Source: Candidatus Poribacteria bacterium (GTDB taxonomy: Bacteria > Poribacteria > WGA-4E > WGA-3G). Taken from it: 64,000 nt of DNA. The notes below the pieces were generated by a model. The model did not search any database. It was given only the letters and a program-made list of their open reading frames with translations, and was not told the origin of the DNA. The position numbers were made by a program, and so were the translations under genes. Below, in pieces: positions 40,537 to 49,979 of the stretch (position 1 is the first letter of the stretch; the number at the start of each line of letters is the position of its first letter). The stretch covers positions 64,001 through 128,000 of the forward strand of contig CAXXUA010000002.1 in the NCBI GenBank assembly GCA_963663765.2, in the 5' to 3' direction.

Positions 40537-42396
40537 TTAACCGAGTAGCTGCTGCTTACACATTTTTCGGTAGAGTCCTCCTTTTTCTAATAATGTCTTA
40601 TGGTTTCCCCTTTCCACGATTTCTCCATTACTAATAACTAATATGGTATCTACCTGCTGCACTGTTGAGAGACGGTGTGCGATAATAAAACTTGTCCTAC
40701 CTTTCATCAAGTTTTTTAGAGATTCTTGAATGATTGCTTCGGATTGCGTATCAAGTGCGGAAGTAGCCTCATCCAGCACGAGAATTGGTGCATCTTTTAG
40801 AATCGCACGAGCGATTGAGATGCGTTGTTTCTCCCCGCCTGATAGGTTGCCACCCGATTCCCCGATGGGTGTGTCGTAATCATTTGGCATTTTCTTGATA
40901 AAGTCATGTGCGTTTGCTTTTTTTGCTGCGTCAACGATCTGATGCCTGTTTGATTCTGGTGAACCGTATCCAATATTATCAAGAATAGTACCATCAAATA
41001 GAAAAGTATCTTGAGGTACAAGTGCAATGTTTCGTCTTAATGAGTTCAAAGTGACAGCATCTATTGACACATTATCTATTAGTATTGCTCCGGAATCAAC
41101 TGCATAGAAACGTTGAAGCAGATTGAGAAGTGTTGTTTTTCCACTACCACTCGGTCCAACGAGTGCGATAATCTGTCCAGCTTCTGCGATAAAACTGACA
41201 TTATTTATTACAGGATGTTTGTCATAAGCAAATATTACATTCTTGAATTCAACTCTACCTTGTAATTCTTTTAGTATAGTTTTTCCTTCAGACAGGTCAG
41301 TCTGTTCGTCTTTCATATCCAGAATGACAAAAATGCGTTCTGCGGAAGCAAGGCTTTGTTGTAAGACATTATTTAGAGTCCCAATGGTCTTAATAGGTTT
41401 GTACAAAAGTGCGACCATGACTACATAACTTGTGAACCAACCAATAGACAACTTTCCTTCTATCACCTGCCAACATCCGAGTCCAATGACAATCGCACTT
41501 CCAATTGCCGCCATCCAGTCAATAACGGGTGGGAGAAGTGCAGCATAGCGCGCACGCCGAATTGCTGATTTGTATTGACTGGATGTGACTGATTGAAACC
41601 TATCCATTTCAGTCTTTTCTGTTGTGAAACTCTTGATGATGCTGATACCGGTCAAGGTTTCTTTGAGTTGTGAGAAGATATCCGAGCTGCGTTGTTGGAT
41701 TTCTGTGCTTGCTTTGCGAACACGTGTCCCTATTCGAGAGATTATATATGCTATCAAAGGTAAAACAAGTAGGGAGTAAATTGTCATTTCAATATTCTTG
41801 TATAGCATGAATGCTATAAAGACGATGACTTGGATAACTGCACGCATGATAGATGCGGTTGCAGCGACTGCTTGTTGCCAAATTCGGACATCATCGGTGA
41901 CGCGTGACATTACGTCACCACTTCGGCTTTCTGATAACACACCAAGTGGAGCTGAAACTATTTTTGCATATAAATCATTTCTTAAACCTAAACTGAGTTT
42001 GTTGCCAACACGTTCCATCAAAAAGTCAGTTCCAAAGAAAAACAATCCCATAACAAACACCAGACCGAGGACTCCGAATAAGAGCCAGATAAAGAAACCT
42101 ATAGCGTCTCCAGTACTTGTCAGTGTAACTTCAAAACCTTCAAATATGTTGTCTATGACAAAAAAACGGATGGATGTTGCTTGCGTGGATTGGTTGAAGT
42201 TTTCTAATGATTTTAGCGAATCAAGTGTATCAGCTAAAATCTGCAGGCGTCCAAGGTCGCATATAGAAACAACCAGTGCGAAACTCATTGCTAAGAGAAT
42301 AGATGCCGTGAATGGTGTAAGATAGCGGAGAAAACGTTTAAAGATGCTTTTTTGTTGCAAGTAATCATCGCCTTGATTATATGAATTGCGTTTCAA
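40537..42396 (-). CDS. MsbA-like ABC exporter (fused permease/ATPase)
   Basis: N-terminal TM domain; GPSGSGKT, LSGGEKQR, LDEATSALD. Confidence 0.92.
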   Translation of the reverse strand: MKRNSYNQGDDYLQQKSIFKRFLRYLTPFTASILLAMSFALVVSICDLGRLQILADTLDSLKSLENFNQSTQATSIRFFVIDNIFEGFEVTLTSTGDAIGFFIWLLFGVLGLVFVMGLFFFGTDFLMERVGNKLSLGLRNDLYAKIVSAPLGVLSESRSGDVMSRVTDDVRIWQQAVAATASIMRAVIQVIVFIAFMLYKNIEMTIYSLLVLPLIAYIISRIGTRVRKASTEIQQRSSDIFSQLKETLTGISIIKSFTTEKTEMDRFQSVTSSQYKSAIRRARYAALLPPVIDWMAAIGSAIVIGLGCWQVIEGKLSIGWFTSYVVMVALLYKPIKTIGTLNNVLQQSLASAERIFVILDMKDEQTDLSEGKTILKELQGRVEFKNVIFAYDKHPVINNVSFIAEAGQIIALVGPSGSGKTTLLNLLQRFYAVDSGAILIDNVSIDAVTLNSLRRNIALVPQDTFLFDGTILDNIGYGSPESNRHQIVDAAKKANAHDFIKKMPNDYDTPIGESGGNLSGGEKQRISIARAILKDAPILVLDEATSALDTQSEAIIQESLKNLMKGRTSFIIAHRLSTVQQVDTILVISNGEIVERGNHKTLLEKGGLYRKMCKQQLLG

Positions 42397-42436
42397 AGTC
42401 TATTTGTTGCTTTGGAAAAGAAACATGGATACCAAA

Positions 42437-43582
42437 TTACTTTTTATCTGTGAATTGATAATCACCAAATTGCAGTACTTTTGTTTTTACGGCAATTTCC
42501 GATTTACAGCGGATATGAAATTCCTTCTTGTCAAAATCAGTATTTTCAATTATTCCGATTGTTATTGTATTTCCAGTTTCGTCAAGCATGCCTACAAGTC
42601 GTTGTTCAAAGTATGTTGGTCGCTCATAAGAAACAGTGGATAAACTTAGATAGTTTTTTAGGTGATTAGATGTAGCATGAGGTATTTTTCTTCGCGCAAT
42701 TAGGCATAAAGAACGGTGTCCCCATTCAGCGTATAGGATTTCGGTTTCAGTCAGTCCAGCAAGTATCTCTAATTCCTTTAGATTTGCTATTCTTCCATTA
42801 AAGAAAGGCGTTCGAGCCCCTCGAATTTGTTCAAAAGGTATTGTCTGACGTGTACTGTGTGAAAAGTATTGCTCAAACAGGTTTTTTCTATTTCGCTTTC
42901 GTAAAGGACTACTTTTTGCTCGGGTCGATCTATGTGGTAAAAGATAGTGTATTGTTGTCCAATTGAAATTCCTGTAGCTGCCGACGATTTGCTCAAATTC
43001 ATTGGACCGGCCGATACAAACGATATAGTGTGGTTGAATAAGGTCGATTTTGCTTTGCTTTAGGTAAATAGCAGCACGTTCATGTATGTAACCAGTTGTA
43101 TCTATGATAACCACATCAGTACTTTCTTCAAGTGCAGCATCTACCATGAGGCGAGTGCCAGATAAAACCGTCAGAAGATTACGGATGGGTGATAATGCTC
43201 CAATAAAGTATAGTCTGTCAGCATTTTGTGTTAATTCTGCATGGGATGTTAGGTGAGCATCATATTCCTTTCTGTCATCCGGATCAAGATTTTGTTGTAT
43301 AGAGTGAAAACCACCAAAAGGTAATTGCAACGAATTACCTACTTGCGTAGATTGAAACAGTTTCATACCTATTGTGGTGGGAGGTCCGATTTGAGATTGT
43401 CCGATATCTGCATCAACAAGTGCGACTTTTAACGTTGCAGCACAAGCGTAATCAACAAGGAATTTACAGAAAGATGTTTTTCCTGCATCCGATGCACCGA
43501 GAACAAGGATTCGTTTTTTAGGTGATACAATTTGACTTGCAAGTTTTTTCCAATCTGAGTTAATGTGGTATTTGCGATACAT
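42437..43582 (-). CDS. Clp1/Grc3-like polynucleotide 5'-OH kinase family protein
   Basis: GASDAGKTS, DADIGQSQIGPPTTI, IDTTGY, RKRNR lid. Confidence 0.8.
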   Translation of the reverse strand: MYRKYHINSDWKKLASQIVSPKKRILVLGASDAGKTSFCKFLVDYACAATLKVALVDADIGQSQIGPPTTIGMKLFQSTQVGNSLQLPFGGFHSIQQNLDPDDRKEYDAHLTSHAELTQNADRLYFIGALSPIRNLLTVLSGTRLMVDAALEESTDVVIIDTTGYIHERAAIYLKQSKIDLIQPHYIVCIGRSNEFEQIVGSYRNFNWTTIHYLLPHRSTRAKSSPLRKRNRKNLFEQYFSHSTRQTIPFEQIRGARTPFFNGRIANLKELEILAGLTETEILYAEWGHRSLCLIARRKIPHATSNHLKNYLSLSTVSYERPTYFEQRLVGMLDETGNTITIGIIENTDFDKKEFHIRCKSEIAVKTKVLQFGDYQFTDKK

Positions 43583-43594
43583 GGAGGTTAACCG

Positions 43595-44461
43595 CTAATT
43601 TCCAAGACTGAGTTCATATCTGAATGTAACACCAGGAAAGCTGACGAAGTCGTCTAATTTGGGACTTTGTTCAATTCCGAGAAAGTATTCAAGAAGCGAC
43701 TTTTTTCTCTGAGATCGGAGGACTTTGGGAGTTCCATCAATGTTTCCAAGTTTTCCAGCGATTTTTATTGCGTCCTGTAAGTTTCCTAATTGGTCAACCA
43801 ATTTATGCGACTGTGCTTGTTTTCCAGAATAGATTCTACCGTCAGCAAGTTTGAGGATTTCGTCTCGCGTGAGATGTTCCGCACGAGATTGTGATATTGC
43901 ATCAACAAACTGATTGTAGACATCATCAACGGTTTCTTGAAGAGCAGCTTTTTCCTCAGCAGTTAGGTCGCGGAATGCAGAACCAGCATCTTTGAATTCT
44001 CCGCTTTTGATAATCTGTTGCTCTAAACCCACTTTTTCAAAGAGACCTTTCATTTTCGTAAACTGCATAATTACACCGATGCTACCCGTTAGCGTTCCAG
44101 GATTTGCGACTATAGTGTCTGCAGCACAAGCAATATAATAACCGCCTGATGCTGCTGTTCCACCCATTGATGTGACAATAGGCTTATCCAACTTGTTTAA
44201 TTCAGCAAAAATCTCCTGAACTGGTGCGACACTTCCTCCTGGTGTGTTGATTCGGAGGACAATTGCTTTTACATTTGGGTCATCCCGAAAAACATGGATG
44301 AGTTGAATGGTCGCATCTGATTTTGTGATGATTCCTGATATATCAAGGACAGCAACCTTTGGACCAAAGGAGATACCCCCAAAGATTAAAGGAATGATGA
44401 TAAATAGAAACACAAATCCTAATATAACAGATGTGATTATGACAAATATTTTCTTTTTCAT
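43595..44461 (-). CDS. sppA: Signal peptide peptidase SppA (36K type)
   Basis: LRINTPGG, AASGGYYIA, TGSIGV, KSGEFKD. Confidence 0.93.
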   Translation of the reverse strand: MKKKIFVIITSVILGFVFLFIIIPLIFGGISFGPKVAVLDISGIITKSDATIQLIHVFRDDPNVKAIVLRINTPGGSVAPVQEIFAELNKLDKPIVTSMGGTAASGGYYIACAADTIVANPGTLTGSIGVIMQFTKMKGLFEKVGLEQQIIKSGEFKDAGSAFRDLTAEEKAALQETVDDVYNQFVDAISQSRAEHLTRDEILKLADGRIYSGKQAQSHKLVDQLGNLQDAIKIAGKLGNIDGTPKVLRSQRKKSLLEYFLGIEQSPKLDDFVSFPGVTFRYELSLGN

Positions 44462-44542
44462 TTGATTTTAAGTGTACTATTGTTTGGCGGTTGTTGAGTC
44501 TATATGTTATCAGATTTTGCTTCTCTAATCAAGTAATAATAT

Positions 44543-45158
44543 CAGGGTGGGTGTGTAAAGTTTTTGCACAAACTGCTCACTCTCCATTGTAGGGCGGGGT
44601 CTCTGTGCCCCACCGCAACTGAATAAATAAGAGATTGCGGGAACAGGACACATAGGTGTTGTCAACATAAGGAAATATTGTTAATATCAACCATACTCTT
44701 CAGTCCCGACAAATGCCATACGGGGAATGCCTAAATGGCATTCATACCGTTGATTTGGCGCATTTGGCGTTGATTTGGTAGGGACGATATGTTTATAGAA
44801 AACGAGTTCCCACGCCTTTTCAGTCCCGACAAATGCCATACGGGGAATGCCTAAATGGCATTCATACCGTTGATTTGGCGCATTTGGCGTTGATTTGGTA
44901 GGGACGATATGTTTATTCTTCTATGTCGTTCCTATGGAACTCAAGAGAGGGTTATTACGTCTTTCTATAGACATATCGTCCCTACGGGACAAAAGAGAAC
45001 AAAAGTGTGTACCTCTGTGCAAAAACTTTACACACCCTATCAGGGTATTTCAGTTTTTGGCATTTTAGCTGTTTCCTGAGAAAATCGCGACCGGGAGGTC
45101 GCTCCTACCGCGGGGTTTCTTTTTCAAAAATCCAAAAATTAGGAAAACTGAATAACCC
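44543..45158. mobile_element. Nested MITE complex: CAGGGT-ended element containing a GGGTGTGTAAAG-ended element (44549-45037)
   Basis: Outer duplication GTAATAATAT (44533-44542, 45159-45168); inner duplication TATCAGGGT (44540-44548, 45038-45046); inner TIR 22 bp. Confidence 0.8.
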
Positions 45159-45349
45159 GTAATAATATAAAGTTCACAGAGGTATCCATTTGTTATATGG
45201 CATCTTTGTAGGAGGGATTTGTAACTCCGATTTTCATGTAGGTCTGTTGAAATCGGGGTTGAAAACCCCTCCCACAGGAGGTTAATATCCTTAAATTGAC
45301 GCTTAATTGATTGGGAAACCGCACATACCGAAAGTCAGTTCTTGTCGAT

Positions 45350-46039
45350 TTATTGTTGCAAATCATCATTCTTGAAATTCATGCTACTTTCTTTTTTTGG
45401 AAAAAAGATGACCCAAAGGGTTTTGAGCAACCACATAATATCAGTAAAGAAGCACTGTGTGGCAACATATTGAAGGTCAAGTGCTAACTTTCGTGGCATT
45501 AATTCAGTGATATAATATTGCTCTGGGTCTTTCTGTGCTTGTAGTTTTTTCTCTTCATTCCGGTTGGCTATCTGGGATGGACCTGAAATACCGGGTTTTA
45601 CTTGAAGCACTTGCTTTTGTGCATCATTGTAGTATTTGACGTAATTCGGTGCTTCTGGACGCGGACCAATTAGACTCATATCCCCTATGATGACATTGAT
45701 AAGGTTTGGCAGTTCATCCAACTTTGTAATCCTTAGCAGTTTTCCTATAGAAGTTACTCGTGGATCTTTATGGATTGTGAGACCTATTCCGAGTTGGTCT
45801 GCGTTGATAACCATTGTTCTGAATTTATACATTTCAAAAACTTTTCCATCCATTCCGACGCGTTTTGCTCGGTAGAACACTGGTCCTTTGGATTGAATTT
45901 TTGCAAGTAAACAAGCGAGGATGAAAAGAGGTGATACGATTAGGAAGGCAGTCGTTGAGAAAAGCAGGTCAAAGGAGCGTTTTGCCCAATTTGAACGATG
46001 ACGCACCCTAACTTCCAATGAAGCGGATTGGTTTTCCAT
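45350..46039 (-). CDS. Bacterial sugar transferase (phosphoglycosyl transferase)
   Basis: KRSFDL, KFRTM, KLDELP, DMSLIGPRPE, VKPGISG. Confidence 0.93.
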   Translation of the reverse strand: MENQSASLEVRVRHRSNWAKRSFDLLFSTTAFLIVSPLFILACLLAKIQSKGPVFYRAKRVGMDGKVFEMYKFRTMVINADQLGIGLTIHKDPRVTSIGKLLRITKLDELPNLINVIIGDMSLIGPRPEAPNYVKYYNDAQKQVLQVKPGISGPSQIANRNEEKKLQAQKDPEQYYITELMPRKLALDLQYVATQCFFTDIMWLLKTLWVIFFPKKESSMNFKNDDLQQ

Positions 46040-46306
46040 TTCTCATACCAAACTGATTAGTACCTTTGGGGATGATATGTTTAAATAGTCATTATATTTT
46101 ACAAATCGTTCCTAATGAAGATGTGTTTATTAATTCGGTAACAAAATATTTCTCCAATGGTAGACGCGCTCGCTGTTGGGACTTGATTTGCCAGCGCCAA
46201 ATCAAGAAATCAACGGTATGAATGCCTTTTGGCATTCACCGCTTACAAAGCGCGCCTACCATTGTGTACGTAAATCGTGTGTGTTTTTAACCGAAATGAC
46301 AACACA

Positions 46307-48283
46307 CTATATTGCAGTATCTGTTGCTTCAGATTCCTCGTTTTCCATCTCGTTGGTAGAACTGATGAGATGTCTTCTGATATCAGCGTGTCTGTCTTCA
46401 CCAGTATCCGAGACGAATGTACGATTGGGTTCGTAAGCTGGAACTATTTCTTGGAACTTCTTAACTATTCCTTCAGTATCAAGTGCGTCTGCCAATTCAG
46501 AAAGGACACTGATTTGTGAGAGTAGCTGCTCCTCCTCAATATTTTCCATTTGTGCGACAAAGATACGTTGGTGTTTGGTCGCCGTCACACCTTCCTGTGG
46601 GGTAAGAAGTTCTTCATATAGTTTTTCACCCGGTTCCAAACCAGTGAAATCAATCTTTATATCCCTGTCAAGTTCTAAGCCGGAAAGTCTAATTAGGTCG
46701 CGTGCAAGGTCAAGTATTTTTATGGGTTCTCCCATATCCAGCATCAGTATTTCTCCGCCATTTCCCATGGCACCAGCTTGAATGAGCAGTTGCACTGCTT
46801 CCGGTATTGTCATAAAGTATCGTGTTGCTTCGCGGTGTGTGACAGTCACTGGACCACCCTTAGCAATCTGTCTTTTGAAATTCGGTAAGACGCTCGCGCG
46901 ACTCCCGATGACATTACCGAACCGAACAGCGATGAATTTTGTTCCATTGCGATTCGCTTTACACTGAATTAGTTTTTCGGTGACACGTTTTGATGCTCCA
47001 TACACACTCGTAGGATTAACAGATTTATCTGATGATACAAGTATAAATGCTTCAACATGATGCTTTATTGCCGCATCTATAAGGTTTTTGGTGCCGATTA
47101 TGTTATTCTTCACTGCCTCATCGGGGTGATTTTCCATGAATTTGACATGTTTGTGTGCAGCGGCATGGAAGATGATATGTGGACGGTACTTTTCAATAAT
47201 TTGATAGACTTTTGAGTTATCCCGTATATCACCGATAATCAATTCACGGTTGAGTTGTGGGTCAGATTCACGCAATTCCAAGTCAATGTGATATATACTG
47301 TTTTCCCCACGTCCAAACAGGATTAGTAGTTCAGGATCAAGTTTTGCTACTTGTCGGCATAATTCAGAGCCTATTGAACCCCCTGCACCGGTCACCATCA
47401 CCCTTTTACCAGAGAGATATTTTGAAATCTCGGCTAAATCTATTGGGGAAGTGGATCGGTTGAGTAGGTCTTCTAATTTGACTTCCCGAATATGACTGAT
47501 GCTGACGCGCCCATCAAGTATAGCGTGTATATTTGGAACGATTTTGAATTGACAACGTCTGTATTCACACTGTCGGATAATATCTCGTATTTTTCCACCG
47601 GGTGCTGAAGGCATTGCGATGATTACTTCTTCAATCTCACGTTTCCTTGCGATATAGGTAAGGTCTCTGGTAGTTCCCAGGACTTCAAGTCCTGCTATTG
47701 TTTTACCAACTTTTTGTGTATTATCGTCAATAAAACCTATGGGGAGGTATCCCTTTTCGGGATGGCTTCGCAATTCTTTTAACACACCTATTCCAGCAGT
47801 TCCTGCTCCGACAATTAGTATTTTTGTGCGTGGCGGTGCCACCTCTTTGAGTCTGCCTTCACGAAATATGCTATAGGAGAACTTAACAATACCAATAAAA
47901 ATCGCGCAGTATATACCGTCAACTAAAAAGAAACTCCACGTATCAAATCGCTTCAGAAAAGCTGTGATACAAATAATAGCAAAAGTTGATACGCATATTG
48001 CTGTAGTAAATGTGCGAAATTCCTTCACTCCAGCATATCGCCATATCGGTTTATATATCTTAAAGTAAAAGAAGGTAGTGATACGTGCTAATGTTACTAC
48101 AAAACCTATACAAACTAAGAGCTGCGTAGTTGACAACTCTGATAGCATTGTGATTTCTTGAAATTGTGCTATTAAATCAAAGTTTAGTTGTTTACATGTA
48201 AGATAAGTTAATATGAATGCAAGATTAACGAGAAAAACGTCAATTACAAGTGAGGAACTCCATTTTTTCTTGGTTTTTTCCAT
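46307..48283 (-). CDS. Polysaccharide biosynthesis protein, CapD/PglF-like NDP-sugar dehydratase
   Basis: N-terminal TMs; VTGAGGSIGSEL, HAAAHKHV, YGASK, RFGNVIGS, GEKLYEEL. Confidence 0.93.
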   Translation of the reverse strand: MEKTKKKWSSSLVIDVFLVNLAFILTYLTCKQLNFDLIAQFQEITMLSELSTTQLLVCIGFVVTLARITTFFYFKIYKPIWRYAGVKEFRTFTTAICVSTFAIICITAFLKRFDTWSFFLVDGIYCAIFIGIVKFSYSIFREGRLKEVAPPRTKILIVGAGTAGIGVLKELRSHPEKGYLPIGFIDDNTQKVGKTIAGLEVLGTTRDLTYIARKREIEEVIIAMPSAPGGKIRDIIRQCEYRRCQFKIVPNIHAILDGRVSISHIREVKLEDLLNRSTSPIDLAEISKYLSGKRVMVTGAGGSIGSELCRQVAKLDPELLILFGRGENSIYHIDLELRESDPQLNRELIIGDIRDNSKVYQIIEKYRPHIIFHAAAHKHVKFMENHPDEAVKNNIIGTKNLIDAAIKHHVEAFILVSSDKSVNPTSVYGASKRVTEKLIQCKANRNGTKFIAVRFGNVIGSRASVLPNFKRQIAKGGPVTVTHREATRYFMTIPEAVQLLIQAGAMGNGGEILMLDMGEPIKILDLARDLIRLSGLELDRDIKIDFTGLEPGEKLYEELLTPQEGVTATKHQRIFVAQMENIEEEQLLSQISVLSELADALDTEGIVKKFQEIVPAYEPNRTFVSDTGEDRHADIRRHLISSTNEMENEESEATDTAI

Positions 48284-48468
48284 ATTACCTCCTTTGTTTT
48301 TTCGTATTATGTATATGATATTGGAAAAGTATAAATAACATTTCCTATTTGGATCTATCGTTCTGTTACAACCTATCCTATAATGGTAAGAAGGTTTTCA
48401 AACCCCGATTTACCAGACACACGAACCTGTGAATTTGGACAAAATCGCATTTATGAGATGCGCTTTAG

Positions 48469-49704
48469 TTAAATCTGTGCGTAAACCTGTTCTAATTTTT
48501 CGCCAAGTACCTCCCAATCATAGCTCATTTCCACACGTTTTCTACCCGCACTAGCAAACTTTTCCCGAATGTCCGGATTTTCAATGAGGTGTATTACACG
48601 TTCAGCGAAAGTTTCAGGAGTATCAGCGACTTGCAATTCAGTGCCTGTCTCTGCCTTAATCCCCATTGCTCCGATTGTAGTTGTAACAACGGGAATTGTC
48701 ATAGCCATTGCTTCTAAGTTCTTTGTTTGAATTCCCGAACCTGCGCGTAAAGGTGCTACAAAAACGGATGCTTTCTCAAAATATGGACGAATATCGGGAA
48801 CATAACCAGTGACAACAACCCCTTTTTGTTCAGCAAGACGACGAACTTGTTCTGTTGGATGATTGCCCACAATATAAAATGTTGCATCGGGATGACGTTT
48901 ATGTATTAAAGGTAGAATAGTGTTACAGAAATAGATGACAGCATCAGAGTTGGGAAAATAGTTCATTGTACCCGTAAACAGCAAGTTTTTTGCTTTATCT
49001 TGTAATTGTTCATTTTTGGTTGTAGAAGTCTGATGATTCAATTCTGCATAACTTTCGCTGTTTTCGGACTGTGGATTGAAATACGTGAGGTCTACCCCCA
49101 TAGGTACGACAGATAAATTCAAACTGTCGTCTTGATTCATCAGGTAGTCACGATCAAATTGTGCGACGACAGTGCCACAGTCAAATTCTTTGACGATATC
49201 AACTTCATAACGTCTAACCCGTTTTTCTTCCAATTTTACCAAAAACCTTTTTGGTGTGCAATCTAATTCTGCACGGCGACTTAAATTTAGTGCCAACGAA
49301 TCACATAAATCCAAAACCTTAGTTATTCCCTTTGTTTTTGCAACATACTGACCCATCCTAAAAAGTTGTGCATGGATAAGTTGATAATCCGCCTCATCCA
49401 AAAGTTTGTAAATTGTTTTTTGCATTTGAGGAGAATACCAATAATGCACCTGCATAGGTGTGCGTGACAAACAGTGTATTGCTGTGTTTAATGTTGCATA
49501 ATTACGACTAAACCTTACCCACTCGATCCGCTTGCAGAAAGGTTCAAGGTGTTTGACAGACTCAATGTCCGACTCTGATTCAGCAAAAAAGACTAAAGTA
49601 ATTTCGTGTCGTTTAGATAGCTGCTTGATAAAATTGTATGAACGAATTCGATCTCCACGTTGTGGTGGATAGGGACACCTTAAACTCAAGAATAGAATAC
49701 GCAT
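48469..49704 (-). CDS. Glycosyltransferase family 4
   Basis: PYPPQRGDRIR, FTGTMNYFPN, GIQTKNLEAMA. Confidence 0.9.
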   Translation of the reverse strand: MRILFLSLRCPYPPQRGDRIRSYNFIKQLSKRHEITLVFFAESESDIESVKHLEPFCKRIEWVRFSRNYATLNTAIHCLSRTPMQVHYWYSPQMQKTIYKLLDEADYQLIHAQLFRMGQYVAKTKGITKVLDLCDSLALNLSRRAELDCTPKRFLVKLEEKRVRRYEVDIVKEFDCGTVVAQFDRDYLMNQDDSLNLSVVPMGVDLTYFNPQSENSESYAELNHQTSTTKNEQLQDKAKNLLFTGTMNYFPNSDAVIYFCNTILPLIHKRHPDATFYIVGNHPTEQVRRLAEQKGVVVTGYVPDIRPYFEKASVFVAPLRAGSGIQTKNLEAMAMTIPVVTTTIGAMGIKAETGTELQVADTPETFAERVIHLIENPDIREKFASAGRKRVEMSYDWEVLGEKLEQVYAQI

Positions 49705-49720
49705 TAGTTGTTAATACTTG

Positions 49721-49915
49721 TTATTTTGAAGGCAATTCTGCTTCATCAATCAACATGACAGGTATCCCATCACGAATTGGATAACGACGTTTACATTCAC
49801 CCCGACATACCAGTTTTTGTTCTTCTTCTATAAGTTCAATTTTGCCCTTACATGCAGGACATGCAAGAATATCAAGCAATGTTTGCGATAATGTGTAAGG
49901 CTTTTCAGATTTCAA
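49721..49915 (-). CDS. Trm112/YcaR family protein
   Basis: LLDILACPACKG...YPIRDGIPVMLIDEA. Confidence 0.88.
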   Translation of the reverse strand: MKSEKPYTLSQTLLDILACPACKGKIELIEEEQKLVCRGECKRRYPIRDGIPVMLIDEAELPSK

Positions 49916-49979
49916 GACATTACTCCATAGTTAAAAACGAAGGAAATATAAATTATCTTCAACAAATTTTATGCATTTA

